From positions 48,904-112,903 of IMG/VR virus record IMGVR_UViG_3300047471_000162: a DNA stretch of 64,000 nt; one strand, 5' to 3'. The first letter of the stretch is position 1, and each line of letters starts with the position of its first letter. Source of the DNA: a virus. A program made the translations under genes and the position numbers. A model generated the notes under the pieces. That model did no database searches. It saw nothing but the letters and a program-made list of their open reading frames with translations, and had not been told where the DNA came from. Of this stretch, positions 29,303 to 38,312 are shown piece after piece.

Positions 29303-29354
29303 GAAGCTCCGTACCTGATAAGCTAGCGCTTGTTAGGTACGGAGCTTCTTACTT
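29303..29354 (+). terminator. 21-bp hairpin (terminator or processing site)
   Basis: gaagctccgtacctgataagc-tagc-gcttgttaggtacggagcttc-ttactt. Confidence 0.65.
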
Positions 29355-29366
29355 TGGAGGATTAAA

Positions 29367-29612
29367 ATGCTTGAAGCAGACGGTAAGTTCTACATGGTCT
29401 ACCGCTATTCCTACGATGGACAGAACAGATACACGGATGCCATCTATCCCGCGAGTGAGTATATTTTTGCTATGGATTATCTTCGTAAGCTTGCTGCCGA
29501 GGATGCTGCGTACAAGTGGAACACTGATGAAGAGCTAAAGAAGATTAATCCGGGTCAATATTGTTATGAGGTTGTGTACTTTGAAGAATTGACTATGAAT
29601 GAGGAGCTGTAA
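29367..29612 (+). CDS. Hypothetical protein
   Basis: GGAGG SD. Confidence 0.7.
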   Translation: MLEADGKFYMVYRYSYDGQNRYTDAIYPASEYIFAMDYLRKLAAEDAAYKWNTDEELKKINPGQYCYEVVYFEELTMNEEL

Positions 29613-29854
29613 TGGCTTACTGCTATGTGATTATGTATAGCATGTACCAGGAAGATTATAGTCATGATCAGGTGGCGCTTGTGCATTCCACTCTCGATCA
29701 AGCAATTGAATGGTTACATAACGGAATGGCCGGAGAAAAGTGGGCCCGACTGGCTCATATAGACGGGACAGGAATTCGAACTCGTCTCATTACAAATTTT
29801 GGCCAACATAATTGGACTGAATACCGTATCGAGAAACATATACTGGGGGATTAA
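29612..29854 (+). CDS. Hypothetical protein
   Basis: TAATG coupling. Confidence 0.65.
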   Translation: MAYCYVIMYSMYQEDYSHDQVALVHSTLDQAIEWLHNGMAGEKWARLAHIDGTGIRTRLITNFGQHNWTEYRIEKHILGD

Positions 29855-31893
29855 TGGATGGTGTGATCTTTACTGCTGAGGAATTGCGGAAGGAGGTAGC
29901 TTACTTCCTGAAGCAGGATGCATTTGCATGGGACACAGAGACAATGGATGGTCCTATTCCAGGTACTCGTGGTATTCCCACGCAGAATAGAGTAGTGTGG
30001 ATTTCCCTTGCCACGTATGGCAGAACTATTGTTGTTCCAATGGGACACCCAAACGGGGATGTTCTTCTTCACCGAGCTCATCGTAAGAAGAATCAGGAAA
30101 CCAAGAAGTTTGAAAGTTTTTCGGCTGTATATGATCCACCGCCAAAGCAGCTTAAGCCTAGTGAAGTATTTGAAATTCTACGTCCGCTATTCTTTGATCC
30201 CTCTATTATCAAGGTAGCGCATAATGCCACCTTCGACTGTATTTCTGTATATAAATATTACGATGCTTTTCCTGTCGGTCCTATTCATTGCTCTCTTACT
30301 CAACAGTGGGTTGGCGATGAGAATATCGGTCAGTTTGCTGGTGGACCACGTCGTGCGAAGAGTAAGGGTCTCAAGGATCTGGTTGATTGGATCTTTGGGG
30401 TGGACTACGATAAGGAAGATGTTGGTAAGTGTGTCGAAGCTCATCCTTTCCACAAGGTAGCTCGCTATGGTCTACTAGACGCACGCTATGACTTCCTTCT
30501 CTGGTTGGAGGGCAACAAGAAGCTCCAGAGAGAGGCTGTAGAGGCCATCTGGGCGCTTGAAAACCAGGTGACTGAGGTTTGCTGCCAGATGGGTCTGATC
30601 GGCGCTCCTGTGGACGTTGTAGCCCTTCAAGCACTGGAGAAGGATCTAGTAGCGAGACTGGAAATTCTGGAGGCCAATGTATATAAGGCTGCTGGTAGGA
30701 TTTTCAATATTGCATCACCAGATCAGAAGCAACTAATTCTTTATGGTCCTATTTCCAGTGGTGGTCAAGGTCTAGAGCCGAAACGTTTCTCAAAGAAAAC
30801 AAAGAAACCTTCTACAGATAAGGATGCTCTTGCTCTTTATGAAGGAAATCCTGTTGTAGATGCTCTGGCTGCTTACTCAGAAGTTTCTAAGCTTCTTAGT
30901 ACTTATGTGCATGGCTATCTTGGGGATCCTGATAATCCTGACAAGCCTTGTTTGATCTTCAATGGGCGTATCCATACTGATCTAGTGCAGTATGGTACAG
31001 TTACTGGTCGTTTCTCTTCTCGTGCTCCGAACCTACAGAATATTCCTGCTCCGAGAACTGAGTTGGGTAAGGCTGTTCGTGGCTTGTTCAAGGCACCAGA
31101 AGGATATAAGCTACTCGTAGCTGACTACGGACAGATGGAACTTCGAATCCTTGCAAGCATGATTGGATTCGGTGGTCTCTTTGATGGTTTCCACGCAGGA
31201 ATTGATGCTCATACACAGACTGCTGCGCTAGTTTATGGCGTAGATACTGACAAGGTGGAGAAATGGCAGCGAGATGCTGCTAAGACTCTTAACTTTGCTA
31301 TTGTCTATGGTGCTCAAAATAAGAAGGTTGCCGCTACTCTCGGTATTTCTGTTGAAGAAGCAGATCAGCTCCTGGATAACCATCGAAAGGCATTCCCTGA
31401 GATTTATGTATTCAGGGATAAGATCATGGCACTCGCTCGCAGCCGTGATAAGTCTCCGTATATTCGTACGCTTATGGGACGTAAGCGTAGGGTTTGGGAA
31501 GTTCTTAAGAGTGTGGCCAATGTGGAGGCTAAGAAGCTTAACTGGTGGACCCCACGTAACCACGCCAAGTGTGTGAGCTATGTCCTAGCAGCGGGAGAGC
31601 GTCAGGTTTTCAATAGCTTGGTTCAGGGTTCCCTGGGGGATATCATCAAGCTTGCAATGGTACGGATGCATAAGCTACTATCAGAAGATGCACTGAAGAA
31701 TCCGGGTCGAGAGATTCAGATGATTCTGTCAGTTCACGATGAGCTTGTAATCCTGTGCCCCGAAGACCGCGTGGAAGAGGGAAGTGCTATGCTTCTCGAT
31801 GCCATGATTGGTACTGAGGTTCAGGAATTGATTCATGTACCTCTTGACATAGGTACGATCAAGGTAGTTGATAGATGGAGTGAGGCCAAGTGA
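29854..31893 (+). CDS. polA: Family A DNA polymerase with 3'-5' exonuclease
   Basis: DTET, HNATFD, TGRFSS..PNLQNIP, ADYGQMELR, KTLNFAIVYG, VHDEL. Confidence 0.95.
   Translation: MDGVIFTAEELRKEVAYFLKQDAFAWDTETMDGPIPGTRGIPTQNRVVWISLATYGRTIVVPMGHPNGDVLLHRAHRKKNQETKKFESFSAVYDPPPKQLKPSEVFEILRPLFFDPSIIKVAHNATFDCISVYKYYDAFPVGPIHCSLTQQWVGDENIGQFAGGPRRAKSKGLKDLVDWIFGVDYDKEDVGKCVEAHPFHKVARYGLLDARYDFLLWLEGNKKLQREAVEAIWALENQVTEVCCQMGLIGAPVDVVALQALEKDLVARLEILEANVYKAAGRIFNIASPDQKQLILYGPISSGGQGLEPKRFSKKTKKPSTDKDALALYEGNPVVDALAAYSEVSKLLSTYVHGYLGDPDNPDKPCLIFNGRIHTDLVQYGTVTGRFSSRAPNLQNIPAPRTELGKAVRGLFKAPEGYKLLVADYGQMELRILASMIGFGGLFDGFHAGIDAHTQTAALVYGVDTDKVEKWQRDAAKTLNFAIVYGAQNKKVAATLGISVEEADQLLDNHRKAFPEIYVFRDKIMALARSRDKSPYIRTLMGRKRRVWEVLKSVANVEAKKLNWWTPRNHAKCVSYVLAAGERQVFNSLVQGSLGDIIKLAMVRMHKLLSEDALKNPGREIQMILSVHDELVILCPEDRVEEGSAMLLDAMIGTEVQELIHVPLDIGTIKVVDRWSEAK
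30505..30640. other. Two-armed periodic segment (candidate gyrase site)
   Basis: gctccagagagaggctgtagaggccatctgggcg...ggcgctcctgtggacgttgtagcccttc. Confidence 0.45.
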
Positions 31894-32010
31894 CTAATGA
31901 GTATGCGGAAGACCAGAAGTTCAAGTACCATGTCCTTAACCATAGGGAAGCTAAATGGCCCGGCACTTGTACATGGTGCCGCAAAGAAGTAGATAAGAGA
32001 AAGTAAACAT

Positions 32011-32433
32011 GTGATTCGTGATCCTTTCGAAGAGGTGGAACCTCTGGAGCCCTTGGGTATCCATGAGGTTCTTACCTCCCGTGCCAAGCGTTCAATTATG
32101 TGGGATCTTATCGGTCCCCATAAAATGTGGAATTATTCAGAGAAATATGGTCAGAATCCTGCCAGTCCCGATGTGCTACACCGGGAGTATCTTGATATGG
32201 TTGAGAGAAAGAATCTTCTCTTGCCGTTGAGTAATGCTCTCCCTTTGTTATGTTATATCGCTGCTGAATCTGCTACGGAAGCGATCATTGCCTCTGATGA
32301 GTCCTTCGCAGGAATATCGGATGAGGATCGAATGAAGTTCAGGATGCAGAATGTACAATTAGGTTCTGTTATCACTGAGTCTGTTGTTAGCCACCTAATT
32401 CAGAATGGCTTAATTAAATATGGAGGATATTAA
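32011..32433 (+). CDS. Hypothetical protein
   Basis: 140-aa ORF in operon. Confidence 0.7.
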   Translation: MIRDPFEEVEPLEPLGIHEVLTSRAKRSIMWDLIGPHKMWNYSEKYGQNPASPDVLHREYLDMVERKNLLLPLSNALPLLCYIAAESATEAIIASDESFAGISDEDRMKFRMQNVQLGSVITESVVSHLIQNGLIKYGGY

Positions 32434-32822
32434 TGAGCTTTTGGGCTGAGAAGTTAAATGGTATTACTAATACAACACCGACTCCTCTACCTGTTTCCCG
32501 AGAACTATACGGGATATATACCAACCCTGTCGCACAGCCACAGACAGTATCCACACAGCAGGAATATATCCCAACTGTTAGAATGACTCAGGGCAGTACC
32601 TGCCCGGGTTGTGGAAGTGATAAGTATCTTGGGCGTATAGGTGAGAGAGCAGTATCTTGCGCAGAATGCGGGTATCATCCCCGCTTTGAACAGACAGGTT
32701 ATGGCACTCCCAGTCTCCGTGCGGAATCAGGAGCAGTAACACCAGCACGTCAGTACCATGGTGGCCAAACTATGCAGAAGTCTATCGCTATCCTCAATCT
32801 GGGTGGCGGAGAACATATCTAG
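32433..32822 (+). CDS. Zn-ribbon protein
   Basis: CPGCGS...CAECGY. Confidence 0.7.
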   Translation: MSFWAEKLNGITNTTPTPLPVSRELYGIYTNPVAQPQTVSTQQEYIPTVRMTQGSTCPGCGSDKYLGRIGERAVSCAECGYHPRFEQTGYGTPSLRAESGAVTPARQYHGGQTMQKSIAILNLGGGEHI

Positions 32823-32871
32823 TAATAATTGAATAGTAAAATTTCCAACTACTATCTCCTGGAGTAAAGTC

Positions 32872-34482
32872 TTGCCTACAGTTATGTCTACATTTGCCTC
32901 AACGGTTTATAAGAATAAGTACGCACATCCCGGAGAGGAGTGGGAGGATACTGCAAGACGCGTAGTGGAAACTGTGGTTAGTCCTCATTTCCCTGAGGAT
33001 GTCGCGGAGTTAACCCAAATTGTTATTGATCGTAAGTTTATTCCAGGAGGAAGATACTTATACGCTACTGGAAAGTCTTTCCATCAGACTCAGAACTGTC
33101 TTCTTCTTACAGTGGAAGATAGTAGAGAGTCTATTTCGCACCTATTCGAACGAGTAAGTTCTGGTCTTATGACTGGAGCAGGTGTGGGTATTGTATGGTC
33201 CAAGTTGCGTGAAAATGGCGCAGCAGTTAATGGAATGGGTGGAAAGTCTACAGGACCCGTAGCCTTTATGAAGGCTGTCAATGAGATTGGCCGCAATATT
33301 ATGCAGGGTGGTTCTCGCCGCTCTGCAATTTGGGCCGGTCTCCATTGGAATCATCCGGATGTCTTTGAGTTTATGTCTGTAAAGGATTGGCCAGAAGAGA
33401 TTGTAGCTATGAAGGCAAAGGACTTCAATGCTATAGCTCCCATGGATATGACCAATATATCTATTATTCTTGATGACTTATTCTTTGCAGCATTTAATGA
33501 TCCTACATATGATTCCCATGATTGGGCGCAGAAGGTATATTGGACAGCTGTGGAGAAGATGCTTTCTACGGGTGAGCCAGGGTTTTCTGTGGATGTTGGT
33601 AAGCATGCTGGTGAACACTTACGTAACGCCTGTACAGAGATCACGTCTGCTGATGACAACGACATCTGTAATCTTGGGTCCATTAATATGGCTCGCGTTG
33701 AATCTCTCGAAGATATGCAGAGGATTGTAGAGTTAGCTACTCGTTTCCTTCTCTGTGGAACTCTGTATTCCAAGGTTCCTTATGCAGAGGTAGCTATTAC
33801 GCGTACTAAGAATCGTCGCTTGGGCTTGGGTCTTATGGGTGTACACGAGTGGCTAGCCGTACGTGGGAAGTCCTACGCGCCCGATACAGAGCTTCAAAAG
33901 TACCTGGAGGTATACCAGCAGTCCCTGTTCATCGCAGAGCGAGCAGCAGACCTTCTAGGCGTTTCTAGACCCATCGCAGCGACTGGCGTAGCTCCCGCTG
34001 GGACGATTGCTATCGTGGCGGAGACCACCAGTGGTGGAGAGCCCGCATATGCACTAGCATTCAAGCGTCGTTATCTTAAGGGCAAGATCTGGAAGTTCCA
34101 GTATGTCATTGAGAATTTTGCCAAGAGACTGGCAGAGCTGGGTGTTGATCCTGACACTATCGATACCGCCTTTTCTCTTGCCAAGGACCCCTCTCGTAGG
34201 CTAGAATTTCAGGCATGGCTACAGCAGTTTGTTGATCAGGGTATCTCTTCTACTGTCAATCTCCCCGCGAAAGACAAGCAGGAGTTTACAACCGAGGAAT
34301 TTGGCACTACACTGATGCAGTACTTGCCCAAGCTACGTGGAGTTACTGTCTATCCTGATGGTGCGCGCGGCGGTCAACCACTTACTGTGGTACCTTACAG
34401 TGAAGCAATCGACTGGGAAGGTTATGAGTATGAAGAGTGGAGTAACGAGAATGCCTGTGCAGGTGGCTCCTGCGGTGTGTAA
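32872..34482 (+). CDS. nrdJ: Class II (B12-dependent) ribonucleotide reductase
   Basis: PGGR, QNC, NACTE, CNLGSIN, APAGT, C-terminal CAGGSC; no small subunit in the window. Confidence 0.88.
   Translation: MPTVMSTFASTVYKNKYAHPGEEWEDTARRVVETVVSPHFPEDVAELTQIVIDRKFIPGGRYLYATGKSFHQTQNCLLLTVEDSRESISHLFERVSSGLMTGAGVGIVWSKLRENGAAVNGMGGKSTGPVAFMKAVNEIGRNIMQGGSRRSAIWAGLHWNHPDVFEFMSVKDWPEEIVAMKAKDFNAIAPMDMTNISIILDDLFFAAFNDPTYDSHDWAQKVYWTAVEKMLSTGEPGFSVDVGKHAGEHLRNACTEITSADDNDICNLGSINMARVESLEDMQRIVELATRFLLCGTLYSKVPYAEVAITRTKNRRLGLGLMGVHEWLAVRGKSYAPDTELQKYLEVYQQSLFIAERAADLLGVSRPIAATGVAPAGTIAIVAETTSGGEPAYALAFKRRYLKGKIWKFQYVIENFAKRLAELGVDPDTIDTAFSLAKDPSRRLEFQAWLQQFVDQGISSTVNLPAKDKQEFTTEEFGTTLMQYLPKLRGVTVYPDGARGGQPLTVVPYSEAIDWEGYEYEEWSNENACAGGSCGV
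33860..33990. other. Two-armed periodic segment (candidate gyrase site)
   Basis: gtcctacgcgcccgatacagagc...gaccttctaggcgtttctagacccatcgcagcg. Confidence 0.45.
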
Positions 34483-34708
34483 TGTTTGAGCTATTCTGGG
34501 ATATCTTTTGGATAATTATGGGTTTTGTAGCCCTAGCGCTGCACTGGCCAGTTCTATTGGCTGTATTCTTCTTTATCCTTGCTGGAGTAGTCTGGTTAGA
34601 TATTGATGATCTTTTTTAAAAGTGCTAGTTATCACTAGGCAAATGTCAGCAGTCCCTGCTAAGGTTGAGGTCTTAGCAGGGACTATGTCTTTAAGAGGAG
34701 ATAAAAGT

Positions 34709-35758
34709 ATGGCGTTAAATGATGGCGTGTCTACCCTTATTGCTCGACTAAATAAGCAGTTGGAGAAGGATGGCAACCCACTTCTCACAACTGCTTCCGA
34801 TATGTTTGTCCCCAAGAAGTTTACATCTGGTCTATTGTCGTTAGATGTAGCGCTTGGTGGTGGGTGGCCGGGAAATCAGTGGGTTGAAGTATACGGTAAG
34901 GAATCCAACGGTAAGACATCTATTATTCTTCGTACGATTGCAGCTAATCAGGCTATTGATCCACATTTCATGACTTTTTGGGTAGCTTCTGAATACTATG
35001 ACAAAGAGTGGGCTATCCAGAACGGTGTAGACACTGATAGGGTCGTAGTTATGCCTACCTCTAATATGGAATTGGGCTACGAAATGTTAATGGAGGCTGC
35101 AAAGTCCCATGAGTTTGACTGCTTAGTTCTAGATAGTTATCCTGCTCTTTCAGCTTCCGAGGAGGAGAAGAAGGGCATGGATGAAAACACCATGACTCTG
35201 GGAGCTAGACGAACTGGTCAATTCTTCCGTAAGGTAGGGGGTACGTTCACTAGTGATCGTCCATATATTGGGTTTTTTGTTAACCAGTTACGTGACGCCG
35301 TGGGTTCTTTTTCCCCTTATGGTACTCCTACCACTACTCCTGGTGGAAAGGCGAAGAACTATGCTTTTTATCAGAGAGTTTTGGTCTCTCGTGACGATTG
35401 GATTAAGGAAAAGGTAGACAATAAGGGAACCATTGAAGTAGGCCAGACCAATAAGTACAAGATGGAAAAGAATAAGGCTGCCGCTCCTAGAGCTGTGGCT
35501 GAGGCTGATTATTACTTCTTGCCTTCTGCTGATAAGGGCTTTGGTCCAGGCCAATTTGACACAGTCAAGGACATCATTACAATGGCTGTACTCTTCAAGG
35601 TAGTTCGCAGAGGTGGTGCATGGTTCTACTACACCCCAGCAGACAGTGAAGCTGAGTTGAAGTGGAACGGCCGCGATGCTATGGTGGAGGCAATTCGTAG
35701 TAACCTTGAGTTGCAAGCAGAGATTACTAAGTTAACTCTGGAAATCGCTACTCAATGA
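34709..35758 (+). CDS. recA: RecA/UvsX-like recombinase
   Basis: SG.LSLDVALGGG.P, GKESNGKT, LDS, NQLR, TTPGG.A, KNK, GAWF. Confidence 0.92.
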   Translation: MALNDGVSTLIARLNKQLEKDGNPLLTTASDMFVPKKFTSGLLSLDVALGGGWPGNQWVEVYGKESNGKTSIILRTIAANQAIDPHFMTFWVASEYYDKEWAIQNGVDTDRVVVMPTSNMELGYEMLMEAAKSHEFDCLVLDSYPALSASEEEKKGMDENTMTLGARRTGQFFRKVGGTFTSDRPYIGFFVNQLRDAVGSFSPYGTPTTTPGGKAKNYAFYQRVLVSRDDWIKEKVDNKGTIEVGQTNKYKMEKNKAAAPRAVAEADYYFLPSADKGFGPGQFDTVKDIITMAVLFKVVRRGGAWFYYTPADSEAELKWNGRDAMVEAIRSNLELQAEITKLTLEIATQ

Positions 35759-35765
35759 GGCTATT

Positions 35766-36158
35766 ATGGCTCCTATCGCAACACCTGGTCTTAAGACCAT
35801 AATTGTTACTGGTACTTACCAGAATGCTGTATCCGGGGCGGGTGAGACAGGGTTTGTTAACTTTATCCCATCCGTCCCTTCCCTCACGGATATAACTGAT
35901 CATGTTGAGCTAACAATTCAGCCATTCAGTGCCCCATTACCAGGGACTATTGGTGGAGGAAATAATCAGGGTGGTAATGGACACTTTGCTATTACTATTC
36001 CTACAACAGACAATACGTCTATGTATCCACAGCAATTCACGTACACAATTGAAGAGCTAGTGTCCAACATGGCTAGTAGAACTACTAGAAATGTACAGAT
36101 TTCATCTACTCTTGGTTCTACTGTGGATATCACCACAATTTTGCAACCTTATTTGTAA
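35766..36158 (+). CDS. Standalone tail-fibre N-terminal (adapter)-like domain
   Basis: VTGTY...G.V.F.P...G.F.ITIPTTD...P..FTYTIEE...VDI pattern recalled from actinophage fibre N-termini. Confidence 0.5.
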   Translation: MAPIATPGLKTIIVTGTYQNAVSGAGETGFVNFIPSVPSLTDITDHVELTIQPFSAPLPGTIGGGNNQGGNGHFAITIPTTDNTSMYPQQFTYTIEELVSNMASRTTRNVQISSTLGSTVDITTILQPYL

Positions 36159-36176
36159 CACTAATTGGAGGCACTA

Positions 36177-36800
36177 ATGCAGTTCGCGAAGTGGAAGTCC
36201 ATTCCCCGCCTTTCCAAGGAGGCTATGGTGATCACAGAGAAGATTGATGGTAGTAATGGCTGCATCATCATTGAGCCCTGGCGTGAGGATGCTAATTACG
36301 ATAGTAACTATGTACTTACTATCACCCTCAATGGTGAGAAGTATTTCTTTGCTGTTCAGTCCCGTAATCGCTTTATCACTCCCGTGGATGACAACGCTGG
36401 CTTTGCTCGCTGGGCAGTGAAGAATGCTGAGGGTCTTATCGAGACGCTTGGCTATGGTAAGCACTATGGCGAGTGGTGGGGCAGTGGTATCCAGAGGAAC
36501 TATGGTCTCTCTGAGAAGCGCTTTAGTCTCTTCAACGCTCCCCGCTGGCATGAGGCTATCAGTTACCTGTTTGCTACCACCCCAGTGGCTGAGCTTCGTA
36601 CCGTTCCGCTGCTCTATACTGGTCGCTTCGACCTTGACAAGTTGACTGCGGCAAGGGAGACTGTATCTAAGGGTTCAGTCGCTTCTCCCACCTTCAAGGG
36701 TAGTGCCGAGGGTGTGGTAGTGTACCTGCGTGAGGCTGATGTCAGCTATAAGATCCTGCTTGAGAACGATGACATCCACAAGTGGCAGGTTACAGAGTGA
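36177..36800 (+). CDS. RNA ligase (Rnl2-like)
   Basis: TEKIDGSN, QSRNR, YGEWWG.GIQ, F.LFN, VP.LY.G, EGVV. Confidence 0.88.
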   Translation: MQFAKWKSIPRLSKEAMVITEKIDGSNGCIIIEPWREDANYDSNYVLTITLNGEKYFFAVQSRNRFITPVDDNAGFARWAVKNAEGLIETLGYGKHYGEWWGSGIQRNYGLSEKRFSLFNAPRWHEAISYLFATTPVAELRTVPLLYTGRFDLDKLTAARETVSKGSVASPTFKGSAEGVVVYLREADVSYKILLENDDIHKWQVTE

Positions 36801-37051
36801 TCAACGAGCCCGACTATGGCTGGACACCGCACAAAAACACTGATAAGGTAGACCTTGCTGCGGCGCTAGAGTATGTACGACGTACAATCTGCTGCTACTC
36901 CCTAGACATTGAGCGAGATGTTCGCTGCGATTGTAAGTACGGTCTGTCTATTGAAGATGGAGAGCGACGGGGTGTAGGATCTGAGCAGACAGGTTGTCCT
37001 GAACTTCGAGAAGTTATCTATTTACTACTGCATGGAAATACTGATAATTAA
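36797..37051 (+). CDS. Hypothetical protein
   Basis: GTGA coupling; CDCKYG...EQTGCPE. Confidence 0.65.
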   Translation: MINEPDYGWTPHKNTDKVDLAAALEYVRRTICCYSLDIERDVRCDCKYGLSIEDGERRGVGSEQTGCPELREVIYLLLHGNTDN

Positions 37052-37069
37052 TAACCAGGAGGTTCAATA

Positions 37070-37246
37070 ATGAGTGTTCCAACTCCCTTGTCTTGTCCGG
37101 GATCGTCAATGGCAGACCCTCACAAGTACAATCTCGTTCCAGGCAAGGGTGATGAGTTTGTATGTGACCGTTGTAAGCGTACTGTTAAATACGATAGCGT
37201 GTCACGAAGCTTTAAGGTTATCTATTCTGGAATGACGCCAAAGTAG
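37070..37246 (+). CDS. Small hypothetical protein
   Basis: AGGAGG SD; 58 aa. Confidence 0.55.
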   Translation: MSVPTPLSCPGSSMADPHKYNLVPGKGDEFVCDRCKRTVKYDSVSRSFKVIYSGMTPK

Positions 37247-37310
37247 TTGCTTGTATCACCATCCTCTAGTAGGATGCTGGTACTGGTCACTACTACCAAG
37301 GAGGCTATAA
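37244..37310 (+). repeat. Intergenic hairpin element (GC-UU-stem-UG family)
   Basis: gc TT gtatcaccatcct-ctagt-aggatgctggtac TG gt, then SD. Confidence 0.5.
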
Positions 37311-37478
37311 ATGTACGAAACGATGTACAACACTCTAGTTCTTGTTGATACTGGCATCATGTCTTATCTAACTGGTAAGGTGTTTCTTGACCAGCTGTGG
37401 GAGAACTTCGGAGAGATGTTCCTTCGTTTTAATGCTTATGCCCTGGAGCTGGACGAGAGTCGTAAGGAGAACAAGTAA
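37311..37478 (+). CDS. Small hypothetical protein
   Basis: AAGGAGG SD. Confidence 0.55.
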   Translation: MYETMYNTLVLVDTGIMSYLTGKVFLDQLWENFGEMFLRFNAYALELDESRKENK

Positions 37479-37666
37479 TGTTGGCACACGAGTTGATGAC
37501 TCTCCTTGAGAATGAAGACCCGAACAAGGAGGTCCGTATCAAGCTAGAGCGTTTCTGTGGTGCGGGTGGTTGTGACTGTACTTCGGGTACATATGACTAT
37601 GAAACCATTGATGTGGATACTGAAGGTCACGATTTTATTGTGATCTCCTAATTAAAGGAAAATTAA

Positions 37667-38017
37667 ATGGCTACATTAAAAGATAGCCAAAAGCAGGAAA
37701 AAGCCCTCGCCCGAAAGGTCGGGGGCTCTGTCAATTCTGGCTCAGGAAATGGTTGGATTAGAAAGGGAGATGTACGTTCTGAAGATGAACTATGGGAACT
37801 AAAGATTACTTCAGCTAAATCTTATAGTCTAAAAGATGCTGAGCTTATAAAATTGAATGAGCAAGCACTAAGGGATAGACGAATCCCGATCTTTCTGGTA
37901 GAGTTCATGTCTACGAACAACTCATACGTTATTCTCACAAAGGATGACTACATGACTCTGAGGGAAAGAGCAGATATTGGTAATGAAATTACGAAGCGGG
38001 GCTCCCCGTTGGTTTAA
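37667..38017 (+). CDS. Holliday junction resolvase-like PD-(D/E)xK nuclease
   Basis: QEK.LA...GG...SGSG...KGDV...ELK.T..KSYSL. Confidence 0.75.
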   Translation: MATLKDSQKQEKALARKVGGSVNSGSGNGWIRKGDVRSEDELWELKITSAKSYSLKDAELIKLNEQALRDRRIPIFLVEFMSTNNSYVILTKDDYMTLRERADIGNEITKRGSPLV

Positions 38018-38312
38018 TGAGGATAATCCAGATAGGGAAGCAAAGTGTGTACGGTTTCCAGCCACCCGAGATTATGACCCATGGTATGGAGATTCTGATG
38101 ATCCCGATGTAGTGGACGAGACAAATGAGGCTAAGCATATCTGCTTAGGTACATATGATTCCCGCCCGTGCCCTTTGCTTTCTTTATGTTTAGAATTCGC
38201 CATGAATAATAATGAGCGCTATGGAGTTTGGGGTGGATTATCTCCAGATGAAAGAGCACAGTTACGAAAGGACCGAAGAAATCGCAACGTTCAAGACAGG
38301 CTGGGGACCTAG
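37983..38312 (+). CDS. whiB: WhiB-family transcription factor
   Basis: Four Cys and YGVWGGL...ER. Confidence 0.88.
   Translation: MKLRSGAPRWFNEDNPDREAKCVRFPATRDYDPWYGDSDDPDVVDETNEAKHICLGTYDSRPCPLLSLCLEFAMNNNERYGVWGGLSPDERAQLRKDRRNRNVQDRLGT

Noticed and set aside
29854-35758. Introns or inteins in polA, nrdJ or recA
   Set aside because: The ORFs are continuous and of normal length, with no intein motifs
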